A stretch of 64,000 nucleotides of DNA from Candidatus Multivorans sp. (GCA_965224025.1 OZ245033.1:4128001-4192000), one strand, 5' to 3'. Counted from the stretch's first letter, positions 1 through 9,192 are shown. Translations and numbers: made by a program. The notes: generated by a model not told the origin, from the sequence alone.

Positions 1-1
1 C

Positions 2-196
2 GTCGGCGTACTGCCGATCACGCTGATGTTCATCGGCCAGGAGGGCGGCAACGATCAACTGCGCGTGATCCAGTCCGCCACCCTGGTCGTCTCCCTGCCG
101 CTGCTGATCGTGGGAGTGCTGATGGCGATCTCCCTGCTGCGGTCGCTCAGATCGGAAGAGGAACCCGTGGACGACGAGCCGGAAGACGGCGCCTGA
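2..196 (+). CDS. 3' end (partial) of a probable BCCT-family transporter
   Basis: Manual translation VGVLPITLMFIGQEGGNDQLRVIQSATLVVSLPLLIVGVLMAISLLRSLRSEE...* resembles the last two TM helices of BCCT carriers. Confidence 0.6.
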   Translation, partial: VGVLPITLMFIGQEGGNDQLRVIQSATLVVSLPLLIVGVLMAISLLRSLRSEEEPVDDEPEDGA

Positions 197-218
197 GCGC
201 GGCGCCGCGCAGACCGGG

Positions 219-986
219 TCAGCGGCCGTCGCCCGTGGCGAGGGCCCCTTCGAGTTCTCCGAGCAGCCCCTCCAGCTCGCCCAGCGCAGCCTCCCAGTCG
301 CTCCAGTGGAAGGCGTGACCGGACTCGATCGCCTCCTCCCAGACCCGGTTCGCCTCGAACAAGGCATCGGCGGCCTCATGCTGATCCGACGGATCCTGTA
401 CTCGCGGAATGTCTCGCGACACCCTGGCGCGGGCGCTCCGCAGAGCCCGCATCCGCGCCAGCAGTTGGCCGCCCTTCAAGAGCGCCTCCTGGCCTGACGT
501 TCCGGCCTCCCGGTGGTCGGCTTCGGGACCGTGGCAGCGGTTGCAGCGCGCCTGCAACCCGCCCTCGCCGAGCGACTGCCCGGCCACGCTGCCATGGCAG
601 GTCCGGCAGGTGGGAGCAGCGCGGACCTTTCGTTCGAAGAGCGCGAAGTGCGTACTCTGCCGCAGGGCCAGGTACTGGGCGTCGTGGCAGCGGCCGCAGG
701 TCCGGGGCAGGTTCCACTGGTGGGTCGGACTCTTCGGGTGGCCGCTGTTCAGCACCCCCTTGTGCGCGCGGAGCTGAACGAAGGTCGTGCTGTTGCCGCC
801 GTGACAGTCCGCACAGGAGACCCCGGCCCCAGCGTGCGCCGAGTTCCGCCATTGGCGCAGATGGAACTCCTCCGTCTCCTCGAGTTCCTGCGCCGCATGG
901 CAGTCGGCGCACGGATCCTGCGCCCAGGCGCCGGCCGCGAACGCGGTCATCGCCAGCAGGAGAAGCGTGGAGCGAGCCGGACCCAT
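219..986 (-). CDS. Secreted pentaheme c-type cytochrome
   Basis: Signal peptide plus five CxxCH motifs (CADCH, CADCH, CGRCH, CRTCH, CNRCH); helical C-terminus. Confidence 0.85.
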   Translation of the reverse strand: MGPARSTLLLLAMTAFAAGAWAQDPCADCHAAQELEETEEFHLRQWRNSAHAGAGVSCADCHGGNSTTFVQLRAHKGVLNSGHPKSPTHQWNLPRTCGRCHDAQYLALRQSTHFALFERKVRAAPTCRTCHGSVAGQSLGEGGLQARCNRCHGPEADHREAGTSGQEALLKGGQLLARMRALRSARARVSRDIPRVQDPSDQHEAADALFEANRVWEEAIESGHAFHWSDWEAALGELEGLLGELEGALATGDGR

Positions 987-1028
987 GCCCGTCAGACTAC
1001 CAATGCCGGGCCCGGTGCGGCACCGGGT

Positions 1029-2723
1029 TCATCTCCACCGGAACTCGGGTTCGAGGAACACGTCGCGGTCACCGCCCTCCGGGATCTCGGGCAACTCCAG
1101 CCGGTAGTAGTTCAGCGGAATCGCGCCGTACCAGTACCGGTGGAGGGCGACCCTGCGCGGCCGCTCCACGACGAAGCTCACCGCCTCGCCGACGCCCATC
1201 GCGACCGGCACGAGTTCCACCGTCAGGCCGGCCAGGGGCACCGGCGACCCGATCAGCAGCTCGCCGTCCGCCCCCGGCCGGTAGCGGATGCCGTCGTCTC
1301 CGTGAGGCCGGACGCCGCTGCCGATCAGCCGTACGCGGAGGTCGCCGTGCTGGACATCCCGCGGCGCCGAAGTCAGGTGGATCTGCGACGTTTCCAGCGG
1401 CAGGAGCCGCTTCGCTGCCGGCGAGACGTAGCGCAAACGGCGGGCGCCGGTATCCGCGTCGATCTCCACCGGAAAGGAGGCCGCCGACCACCACAGTGGC
1501 GCCACGAAGAGAGCGGCCATCACGGACGAGGCAACGAGCCAGCGTCGGGGCGGCGGCCGCTCGACGAGGAACCAGCACACGGGATAGAAGGGCAGGAACC
1601 AGCGGTTCGCGATCGCCCCCGCGCCGCCGTAGAAGTTGTACGGACTCTTGATCAGAAAGGCGAGGAGTCCCAGGGCAACGCCTGCGAGCAGCCACCGGCG
1701 CCGCGAACCGGGTCGGAGACAGGCGCAGGCGAGTACCAGGGGCAGGAAGTAGGGCACGATGCCGATGCTCCTCCCGAGCAAGGCATAGACGACGTTGTGT
1801 CCGAGCAGCGCGGCGTCGAAAGAGGGCAGCAAGAAGCCCTCCCGGACCCAGGAGGCGTCGCCTCGCACGGCCAGCAACTCCTGCCACTCTTCCCGCTCGA
1901 AGTCGATGTCGGGATAGCCGGTCGCGCTGCTGAATCCCTGCCGTGCGCCGACGTACGGGCTCCACGCGCCACCGCTCGCGGCGTGAAACCACGCCGAGCC
2001 GGCCAGAAGCACCAGGGCGCCGCCGAGGACGATCGCCGAGGCCCTTCGCCCCCACGCCTGCCGCAGGCTCGGAGCCGCCGCCAGCAGCACCGCGGCCAAG
2101 ACGGCCAGGTAGAACGGTCGTCCGGCGCCGGCCGTTGCCAGCAGAGCACCGCCCGCCACCAGGCGTCCGGGCGGCGGCCGCCTGCCCTCGAACCAGGGGT
2201 CGAGGCAGCAGAGCCCGAGCGCCGTCGCGACCAGATAGAACAGGTCGGCATGAACCCAGAACACGTGACCGAAAGTGACCGAGAAGAAGAGCAGAAACGC
2301 GGCCACCAGCGGTCCATCGGCGCCCACGCGCTGCAGCAGAAGGCACTCGAGCAGGAGGGCGGCCAGGATAAGCAGAAAGAGGTTCGCGACGATCGGCCCC
2401 CGCTCCGGCGCGAGGCGTACGAAGGGCGAAAGAAAGAGCGAGTAGAAGACCGGTTTGGCGTACACCAGCGTGCCGCCGCCGTCCGTGCTCTGCAGGATCA
2501 GCGGATCCGGGACCTTGCCGGTGGTCTCCAGATAGCGCCGGTAGTCCGACGCCTCGTACCGGCGATCGAAGTCGAAGGCAAGGCTCTGGGCCTGCATCGA
2601 GTACACGCCTTCGTCGCCCACGGTGTAGGGCCAGTCCCCCGGGTCGAATACCGCGGCCGCCAGCACGAGGGCGAGAACCAGGGTCCACAGCAGCGCTCTT
2701 TGCCAAGTCAGCCGGATGGGCAC
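1029..2723 (-). CDS. Polytopic membrane protein, GT-C/ArnT-like glycosyltransferase candidate (start uncertain)
   Basis: About 11 hydrophobic segments, GDE motif after TM1, late NRWFLP motif; in-frame GTG at 2723, but the best SD+ATG (2730) is out of frame. Confidence 0.55.
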   Translation of the reverse strand: MPIRLTWQRALLWTLVLALVLAAAVFDPGDWPYTVGDEGVYSMQAQSLAFDFDRRYEASDYRRYLETTGKVPDPLILQSTDGGGTLVYAKPVFYSLFLSPFVRLAPERGPIVANLFLLILAALLLECLLLQRVGADGPLVAAFLLFFSVTFGHVFWVHADLFYLVATALGLCCLDPWFEGRRPPPGRLVAGGALLATAGAGRPFYLAVLAAVLLAAAPSLRQAWGRRASAIVLGGALVLLAGSAWFHAASGGAWSPYVGARQGFSSATGYPDIDFEREEWQELLAVRGDASWVREGFLLPSFDAALLGHNVVYALLGRSIGIVPYFLPLVLACACLRPGSRRRWLLAGVALGLLAFLIKSPYNFYGGAGAIANRWFLPFYPVCWFLVERPPPRRWLVASSVMAALFVAPLWWSAASFPVEIDADTGARRLRYVSPAAKRLLPLETSQIHLTSAPRDVQHGDLRVRLIGSGVRPHGDDGIRYRPGADGELLIGSPVPLAGLTVELVPVAMGVGEAVSFVVERPRRVALHRYWYGAIPLNYYRLELPEIPEGGDRDVFLEPEFRWR

Positions 2724-2775
2724 CGGCCATCGTCGTCCTCCCCGGCTTGCGGCACTGCCCATCCCGTCCTCGGAC

Positions 2776-2856
2776 GGTAGCAGCCGGACCGCGACTCAGG
2801 ACGCCGACGCCCCCGCGCAAGGGGCAGGACGGCGTCCTCGCCGCGTCCGGCGCTAC
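2776..2856. terminator. Long imperfect hairpin downstream of TonB-dependent receptor 1
   Basis: Nested arms gtagc/gctac, ccgga/tccgg, aggacgccg/cggcgtcct, gcccc/ggggc; no clear U-tract. Confidence 0.4.
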
Positions 2857-2869
2857 GGCACGGCTCTTC

Positions 2870-5434
2870 CTAGAAGGAACCTCCGAAGCCGTAGGTCAGC
2901 CGCGAGTACCAGAACGCGCCGTTGAAGCCCCACGGCGTCCGTTCGCTGTACAGTTCGCCGACGCTCAACGCGAACGAGTTCTCCTCGGGGTACGCGTCGA
3001 GCACGTTCGTGCCGCCGAACACCCAACGCAGACCGTCGCGCAGCCTGAAGCCAATCTCCAGGTCGAGCGTGTTCTCGCCGGGGTAGCTCTCGTTGTTGTC
3101 CCGGTCGAACCAGCGATCGAAGTAGTTCAGGCGAGCCAGATAACGCACCCGGTCGCTGGCCGAGCGGTGCTTCGCGGTGACGCTGTACCGGCTCTCCGGC
3201 AGCGCCTGCTCGAGATCCCGGATCCGGCGCGGGCCGAACGTGACCGCGTTGGAGCGGACGACCTCCGTTTGGGTCAGATTGGCCAGCGCCGCGAAGCTGG
3301 TGCGGCCGCCCATCGACTCCGGCGTCACCGTGAGCACCAGGTCGGCGCCCACCGACTCCGTGTCGAAGTCGTTGGCGAAGAACCGGAAGTTCCTCAGGTT
3401 CGCGGCGCTTGTCACCCCCTCGGCGACCAGGGTGGCCGCCTCGTCCGGCGTCAACTGGAAGTTCTGAGTAACGGCGATCCGATCCTCCACGTCGATGCGG
3501 AAGACATCGAAGGTCATTGCGAACGGTCCGTTCTCGACCACCGCGCCGACCGCGAAGTTGAGCGAGGTCTCCGGTTCCAGAGGCTCGCCGCCCCTCAGCC
3601 TGGCCACCGCGGAAGTGGACGGAATGGTGCCGTTGTTGACCAGGTCCTGAACGCTCGTGTCGAACTGCGTCTGGACGTTGAACGCGTTCTGCTGCCCCGG
3701 CGTCGGCGCCCGAAAGCCACTGCTCAGACTGCTGCGCAACGCCATCCGCTCCGTCACCTGATAGCGGCCCGCGATCTTGCTGTTCATCGTGGTGCCGAAG
3801 TCGTCGAAGTTCTCGAACCGGACCGCGGCGCCCATCGCCCAGCGGCCGTCCGGGCCGTTGATCTCCACGTCGCCGTAGGCCGCGTAGTTCGAGCGGCCCC
3901 ACTTGCCGGCCGCGATATTGCTGAAGCCGGGAAAGCCGTTCGACCCGGAGCTGAAACCCTGGCTGGCCAGCGGACCGATCCGGTACGACTCGGGCTGGCC
4001 CGTGCCGATCTCGAACTCCTCATCCCTCCACTCCAACCCGCCGGCCACGTCGACGCGCTCCGACACCGAGTAGGTCAGGTCGTAGTTGAGGTTCGTCTCC
4101 CTCTGGGTGTAGGTCCCGAGCGCGAAACTGGTCGGCGTGTCCGGACCGAGCGACGCGTTCACCGTGTTGCTGATAAAGTGGTCGACGGAGTTCTCTCCCG
4201 TGCTGACGCTCAGATCCCAACCGATGCCGCCGGATGTGGCCCCGCGGAGACCGGCCACGATGCCCATGTCCTCGTTGTCGCCGCCGAAGTTCGGCGTGAA
4301 GCCGCCGGGGAAGAGCTCCTGGTAGGAGAAGCAGTTCGGATCGTCGATCACGCGGCGAAGCCCGATCGGATCCGGCACATGGTTGGTCACGGCGACGGTC
4401 GGGCAGCCGGCGGAGCCGTCGAGCACGCCGTCCCGGGCGTCGAGCAGATCGCCGACCAGCAGCGTGCTGCCGCCGTCGTTGCTGAACACGCCGCCGCGGG
4501 TGTTCGGATTGCGGAAGAAGAAGCCGCCGTTCACCGTCTTGCTGGCGTAGTTCGCGTGGCCGTAGAACTGGCGACCGCTGGTCTCGAACAGGTGACCGAA
4601 GTTCAGGAACAGCTTCATGTCGTCCGAGACCTCCGGCGAACCCCAGATCTGCGCCTTCGGCTGACGGACGTGCGTGTTGCCGGCGGCGATCAGGTTCGCC
4701 GCGTCCCGGCGCTGGATCGACCGGTCCGTCGGATCCGTGCTTCCATACTCCACGCTGAGGTTGAAGAAGCCGTTCCCGCCCAGCGGCAGACCGAGGTTCG
4801 CGGCGGCCGTGAACAGGTCGCCGTCGCCCTCGCCGTACGAACCGCTGCGAATCTCGACGGAACCGCCCGAACTCGCGTCCTTGAGCAGGAAGTTCATCAC
4901 GCCGGCGATCGCGTCGGATCCGTACTGCGCCGATGCGCCGTCGCGGAGCACCTCGACCTGGCGCAGCGCGATGGCCGGGATGACAGCCAGGTCCGGTCCC
5001 TGGGCGCCGATCGAAACCGCGTCTCCGTGCCAGTGAATCACCGCGGCGCGGTGCCTGCGCTTGCCGTTGACCAGCACCAGGGTGTGGTCGGGCGCCAGGT
5101 TGCGGAGGTAGGCCGGCCGCACGATCGACGACGCGTCGCTTATCGGCTGCATGCTCACGTTGAAGGAGGGCGCGAGGTTCCGCACCAGATTCGCCACGTC
5201 CGTGTCGCCCTGGGTCAGGAATTCCTCACCGCTAAGCACGTCCACGGGCACCATGGACTCGGCGACCGAACGGCCCTCGGTCCGGCTACCGACGACGACA
5301 ATTTCCTCGCCGAAGGAAGCCCCAGCCACGGTCTGATCCTCTTCGGACGCCGAATCCTCTTGGGCCGCGCCTGGGGCGACCGCAAAGAGCAGGACCAATA
5401 CGTAGATCGAGCGCACGAACTTGTCCCATTGCAT
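2870..5434 (-). CDS. TonB-dependent outer-membrane receptor (paralog 1)
   Basis: Signal peptide from MQWDKF, TonB box EEIVVVG, plug motifs LVLVNGKRRH and VEVLRDGASAQYGSDAIAGV, C-terminal Phe; GAGG SD before ATG 5434. Confidence 0.92.
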   Translation of the reverse strand: MQWDKFVRSIYVLVLLFAVAPGAAQEDSASEEDQTVAGASFGEEIVVVGSRTEGRSVAESMVPVDVLSGEEFLTQGDTDVANLVRNLAPSFNVSMQPISDASSIVRPAYLRNLAPDHTLVLVNGKRRHRAAVIHWHGDAVSIGAQGPDLAVIPAIALRQVEVLRDGASAQYGSDAIAGVMNFLLKDASSGGSVEIRSGSYGEGDGDLFTAAANLGLPLGGNGFFNLSVEYGSTDPTDRSIQRRDAANLIAAGNTHVRQPKAQIWGSPEVSDDMKLFLNFGHLFETSGRQFYGHANYASKTVNGGFFFRNPNTRGGVFSNDGGSTLLVGDLLDARDGVLDGSAGCPTVAVTNHVPDPIGLRRVIDDPNCFSYQELFPGGFTPNFGGDNEDMGIVAGLRGATSGGIGWDLSVSTGENSVDHFISNTVNASLGPDTPTSFALGTYTQRETNLNYDLTYSVSERVDVAGGLEWRDEEFEIGTGQPESYRIGPLASQGFSSGSNGFPGFSNIAAGKWGRSNYAAYGDVEINGPDGRWAMGAAVRFENFDDFGTTMNSKIAGRYQVTERMALRSSLSSGFRAPTPGQQNAFNVQTQFDTSVQDLVNNGTIPSTSAVARLRGGEPLEPETSLNFAVGAVVENGPFAMTFDVFRIDVEDRIAVTQNFQLTPDEAATLVAEGVTSAANLRNFRFFANDFDTESVGADLVLTVTPESMGGRTSFAALANLTQTEVVRSNAVTFGPRRIRDLEQALPESRYSVTAKHRSASDRVRYLARLNYFDRWFDRDNNESYPGENTLDLEIGFRLRDGLRWVFGGTNVLDAYPEENSFALSVGELYSERTPWGFNGAFWYSRLTYGFGGSF

Positions 5435-5600
5435 CAGGCAGTTTCCTCGTATCTGTTGACGGTGATGATCAGGGGCCTGCGATCCTCCTGTCTGTTGCCG
5501 GCCAGACGGCAGCAGCAGGAGGGCGCGCATCTCGCCACCCGTAGAGTCCGCGTAGCCTACACGAGCCGGATACACTCGGCAACAACTTTAGCGGTCAAGC

Positions 5601-5749
5601 CAGAACCATTCCAAAGTCCGGCGCTTCGCGCCGGATGCGGGCGAGACGCCCGCGTTCCCAGACTCGGAGCTATCGCGGCTCCGGTCCAACGATCCGGGAG
5701 TCGTTTCCGCACCTCCGGCCTCGGAACGGCGGACTTTGGAATGGTCCTG
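5601..5749. mobile_element. 149-bp MITE with 20-bp TIRs and 10-11 bp target-site duplication
   Basis: TIRs CAGAACCATTCCAAAGTCCG / CGGACTTTGGAATGGTCCTG (19/20); flanking direct repeat AGCGGTCAAG at 5590-5599 and 5750-5759; internal REP-like hairpin. Confidence 0.8.
5631..5661. repeat. REP-like palindrome CCGGATGCGGGCGAGACGCCCGCG
   Basis: Near-identical copy at 43641-43665; related units at 35303-35333 and 43711-43739. Confidence 0.75.
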
Positions 5750-5834
5750 AGCGGTCAAGACGACCTTGGACGCGCGCCAGATGCCCTGCCTCGATGTGCT
5801 CTTTCGCGAACGGTCGACCCGAACCTGAACCCAT

Positions 5835-5879
5835 GGGAGTATCCACAGCGGTGGGCCGCTGCGCTGTCGCGCAGGGAAC
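5835..5879 (+). repeat. 45-bp dispersed repeat (GGGAGTATCCACAGCGG...GCTGCGCTGTCGCGCAGGGAAC), copy 1
   Basis: Other copies at 33478-33519 (+) and 35345-35389 (-). Confidence 0.8.
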
Positions 5880-5944
5880 ATGTGCGTTCGGGTGTCGGGC
5901 CGCAGCGATTTCACCCACTTGCGGCAGGACATTTCATCCCTGCT

Positions 5945-6043
5945 GCTCCACTCTCGCTGGGTGCGCGGGCCTTCTGGCCCGCTGCCGCCGCGGGCGGCCA
6001 GGAGAACGCGCCGGCCGGAGGCCGGCGCCGCTCTGGTGGGAGC
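5945..6043 (+). repeat. Cloverleaf structured repeat, copy 1
   Basis: Core CTGGGTGCGCGGGYCTTCTGRCCCG shared with 35160-35280 and 63734-63840; partial inverted copy at 6097-6127. Confidence 0.75.
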
Positions 6044-6216
6044 GCCCGCTATCGAAGAACAGCTCGTGCGCGCCGCTTCGCGGCGGCGCGCTTGATGCGG
6101 GCCAGAAGGCCCGCGCCGCGCACCCAGAGATACGTCGACGATGCACCGTGTCACTCTACGCAGTTGCGGGGCAGCGGCAAGCCCAAGGTGCGGCCCTGAC
6201 CGACCCGGTGAACCTC

Positions 6217-6334
6217 TTGTTCCATGCAAGTATGGCCCGGACCGTGATCGGCGTTCTGACGCTGGCGGCGCGGCTCTTGCCGCGACCCCGTATGCAAGAG
6301 TAACGTTTCCGCTGCGGTCTCTGTCCAGCGCGAC
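6217..6334 (+). ncRNA. Orphan IS110 right-end / bridge-RNA donor-loop fragment
   Basis: 6217-6230 identical to IS110 right end 35120-35133; 6229-6334 aligns ungapped to 33623-33728 (94/106 by hand count). Confidence 0.7.
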
Positions 6335-6359
6335 CGTTTGAATCGTACAGGAGTGCCTC

Positions 6360-9077
6360 ATGAAAAGACTTGAACCCGGCCTTTCCATCCTGCTGCCCCT
6401 CGTTTTCGTCCTGCTACCGCTCTGCTTGGGCGCGCCGCTTCTGGCGCAGGAAGCTGAGAGTCAGGACGAAGGCGAACAGGCTGAAGAAACGCCCGAGTTC
6501 GGCGAAACGATCGTCGTCGTCGGCACCCGCACCGAGGGCCGCACCGTTACCCAGTCACCGGTCGCGGTCGACGTGATTCCCGCGACCGAGTTGATGAGTC
6601 AGGGCGACAACGACCTGATCAACCGGCTACGGACCGTCGTCCCCTCCTACAACGTCGGGACCCAGCCCATCAGCGACGCGGCGACGCTCGTCCGGCCCGT
6701 CAATCTCCGCGGTCTGGCTCCGGACCACACCCTGATCCTCGTCAATGGCAAGCGCCGCCATCGCGCCGCGGTCATCGCCTGGCTCGGCAACGGCATCTCG
6801 GACGGCGCCCAGGGTCCCGACGTCTCCGTCATCCCATCCATCGCGCTGAGGCAAGTCGAGGTGCTGCGTGACGGCGCTTCGGCGCAGTACGGCTCCGACG
6901 CGATCGCCGGCGTGATCAACTTCCAGCTCAAGGACGCGAGTTCCGGCGGCAGCATCGAGATCCGCTCGGGTCAGTTCCAGGACAGCAACCCCGGTTCCGA
7001 CGGCGGCTTCGGCGGCCAGTACACGTTCGCCGGCGACAAGGGCATCTCGTACGCCGTCTCGGCCAACCTCGGCATGCCGATGGGCGAGAACGGCTTCTTC
7101 AACCTGAGCATGGAGTACGGCGCCGCCGATCCGACCAGCCGCAGCGTGCAGTTCACAAACGCACAGAGAGCCTTCGACGCCGGCAGCTCACGAATTCGAA
7201 CCCCCGCGCAGGTCTGGGGTTCGCCCCTGGTCGAGGACGACATCAAGCTGTTCGCCAACTTCGGCAGCCTGTTCTCGAACGGCACTCAGTTCTACGGCCA
7301 CGCCAACTACGCCACGCGCACGACGACCGGCGGCTTCTACTTCCGTAACCCGTTCGGGAGTAACGCGAGAACCGGCGTCTTCAGCCCCGGGGGGGCGGAC
7401 CAGGGCAACTTCCTCCTCGTCGGAGACCGGGAATGGGCGCGAACCGGCGTGTCGCGGGCCGGCGGCTGCCCTGCAATTCCGGTCATCGACTACGCCCCCG
7501 ACCCTGCGGCGCTGGCGGCGGTCGAAGCGGACCCGAACTGCTTTACGCTCTACAACCGCTTCCCCGGAGGCTTCACGCCCCAGTTCGGCGGCGACCTGAC
7601 GGACTCGTCGATCGTCGCCGGCCTCCGCGGCTATCTCGACAGCGGCATGACGTGGGACATCAGCGTCAACGTCGGCAACAGCGAGGTCGACCAGTTCATC
7701 TACAACACGGTGAACGCCTCGCTCGGCTACGACACGCCAACCTCGTTCAGGCCGGGCATCTACGAACAGACCGACACGAACGTCAACTTCGACATCACCT
7801 ACCCGGTGCGTGACAACGTGAGCCTCGCCGCCGGCGTGGAGTGGCGGAACGAGGAGTTCCGGATCGGCGCCGGCGACCCGGCTTCGTGGGAGATCGGTCC
7901 CTACGCCGCCCAAGGTTTCAGCTCCGGTTCCAACGGCTTCAACGGCTACCGCGCCGATGTCACGGCCGGCACATGGGACCGCGCCAACGTCGCGGTCTAC
8001 GGCGATGTCGAGTTCGAAGATCCGGACGAGATGTGGACTTTGACCACGGCGCTCCGCGTGGAGGACTTCGACGGCTTCGGGAACACGATCAACGCCAAGG
8101 TCTCCGGCCGCCGGGTCGTGTCCGATGCTGTCTCGCTGCGCGCCTCCGTCAGCACGGGTTTCCGCGCGCCGACGCCCGGCCAGCAGAACGCATTCAACGT
8201 GACCACGGCATTCGACCCCGAGACGGGCGGGCTGTCGAATAGCGGCACCGTTCCCTCGATCTCGCAGCCGGCGGCTCTGAGGGGCGGCGAGGCTCTGCAG
8301 CCCGAGGAGGCGGTGAACTTCGCCGCCGGCCTGGTGGTCGGCAAGGGCGCGTTCACGTTCACCGCCGACATCTTCCACATCGACATGGACGACCGGATCG
8401 CATTGTCCGAGACCTTCCGGCAGTGCGCCATCCTCAGGGAGCCGGAACCGGGCTGCGTGACCGACGCCGAAATTGAGACCCTGCTCGCGGGCGGCTTCGT
8501 CGAAGCGAGGAACCTGAAGAACTTCCGGTTCTTCGTCAACGACTTCGCCACCTCAACCCAGGGTCTCGACCTGGTCGGCACCTGGGCGCCGCCGGCGCTC
8601 GGCGGCGACACGGCGTTCAGCCTCGTGTTCAACTACACCGACACGGAGGTCACGGAGTTCAATCCCGCTACAGTCGGCCCCTTCCGCATCGCCACCATCG
8701 AACGCGGACTGCCGGAGACCCGCTGGAACATCGCGATGAACCACAGCGCCGATCGCTGGAGCCTGCTCACGCGCCTGAACTGGTACGACGGCTGGTGGGA
8801 CAGCGAGGATGCGCAGAACCTCCTCGGCAGAAGCAACGCAAGGATGTTCCCCGACTACAGCGGTGAGTTCCTGCTCGACGTCGAACTCGGCATCCCGCTG
8901 CCGAACGACACGGCGATCACCATCGGCGTGCAGAACCTGCTGAACACCTATCCGGACGACAATCCCGGCGCCTATTCCGGCGGTGTCGGCAACCAGTACG
9001 GGCAGTTCTCGCCGTCCGGCTTCAACGGCGCCTACTACTACGTCCGATTCAACTACGCCTGGGGTTCTAGCTTCTAG
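6360..9077 (+). CDS. TonB-dependent outer-membrane receptor (paralog 2)
   Basis: Signal peptide, TonB box ETIVVVG, same plug motifs as paralog 1, C-terminal Phe; AGGAG SD. Confidence 0.93.
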   Translation: MKRLEPGLSILLPLVFVLLPLCLGAPLLAQEAESQDEGEQAEETPEFGETIVVVGTRTEGRTVTQSPVAVDVIPATELMSQGDNDLINRLRTVVPSYNVGTQPISDAATLVRPVNLRGLAPDHTLILVNGKRRHRAAVIAWLGNGISDGAQGPDVSVIPSIALRQVEVLRDGASAQYGSDAIAGVINFQLKDASSGGSIEIRSGQFQDSNPGSDGGFGGQYTFAGDKGISYAVSANLGMPMGENGFFNLSMEYGAADPTSRSVQFTNAQRAFDAGSSRIRTPAQVWGSPLVEDDIKLFANFGSLFSNGTQFYGHANYATRTTTGGFYFRNPFGSNARTGVFSPGGADQGNFLLVGDREWARTGVSRAGGCPAIPVIDYAPDPAALAAVEADPNCFTLYNRFPGGFTPQFGGDLTDSSIVAGLRGYLDSGMTWDISVNVGNSEVDQFIYNTVNASLGYDTPTSFRPGIYEQTDTNVNFDITYPVRDNVSLAAGVEWRNEEFRIGAGDPASWEIGPYAAQGFSSGSNGFNGYRADVTAGTWDRANVAVYGDVEFEDPDEMWTLTTALRVEDFDGFGNTINAKVSGRRVVSDAVSLRASVSTGFRAPTPGQQNAFNVTTAFDPETGGLSNSGTVPSISQPAALRGGEALQPEEAVNFAAGLVVGKGAFTFTADIFHIDMDDRIALSETFRQCAILREPEPGCVTDAEIETLLAGGFVEARNLKNFRFFVNDFATSTQGLDLVGTWAPPALGGDTAFSLVFNYTDTEVTEFNPATVGPFRIATIERGLPETRWNIAMNHSADRWSLLTRLNWYDGWWDSEDAQNLLGRSNARMFPDYSGEFLLDVELGIPLPNDTAITIGVQNLLNTYPDDNPGAYSGGVGNQYGQFSPSGFNGAYYYVRFNYAWGSSF

Positions 9078-9105
9078 CGAGCAGCAGGCTTCACGTCCGA
9101 CCCGG

Positions 9106-9143
9106 TTCACCCGGCGGCGGCGCACCTGCCCCGCCGGGTGAAC
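9106..9143. terminator. Hairpin between convergent genes
   Basis: gttcacccggcgg...ccgccgggtgaac 13-bp stem followed by tgttt. Confidence 0.55.
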
Positions 9144-9192
9144 TGTTTCTGGACCACCGGCAGCGGCGCCGAAGTGCTCCGCGGAGGGCGGT

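Noticed and set aside
2747-6199. 1150-aa + strand ORF and other long antisense ORFs (513-2780, 15479-18118, 19297-21429, 30539-33301, 33475-35166, 48824-50455)
   Set aside because: Shadow ORFs opposite well-supported genes in high-GC DNA; no recognisable motifs
6128-6199. Possible IS110 transposase C-terminal remnant (RYVDD...*) before the orphan right end
   Set aside because: Similarity to the intact transposase tail (EYVER...) is too weak to support by eye
9098-9111. CGACCCGGT shared with 6201-6209, a possible boundary of a mobilised receptor cassette
   Set aside because: Only 9 bp in GC-rich DNA; no IS110 right-end motif downstream of the receptor
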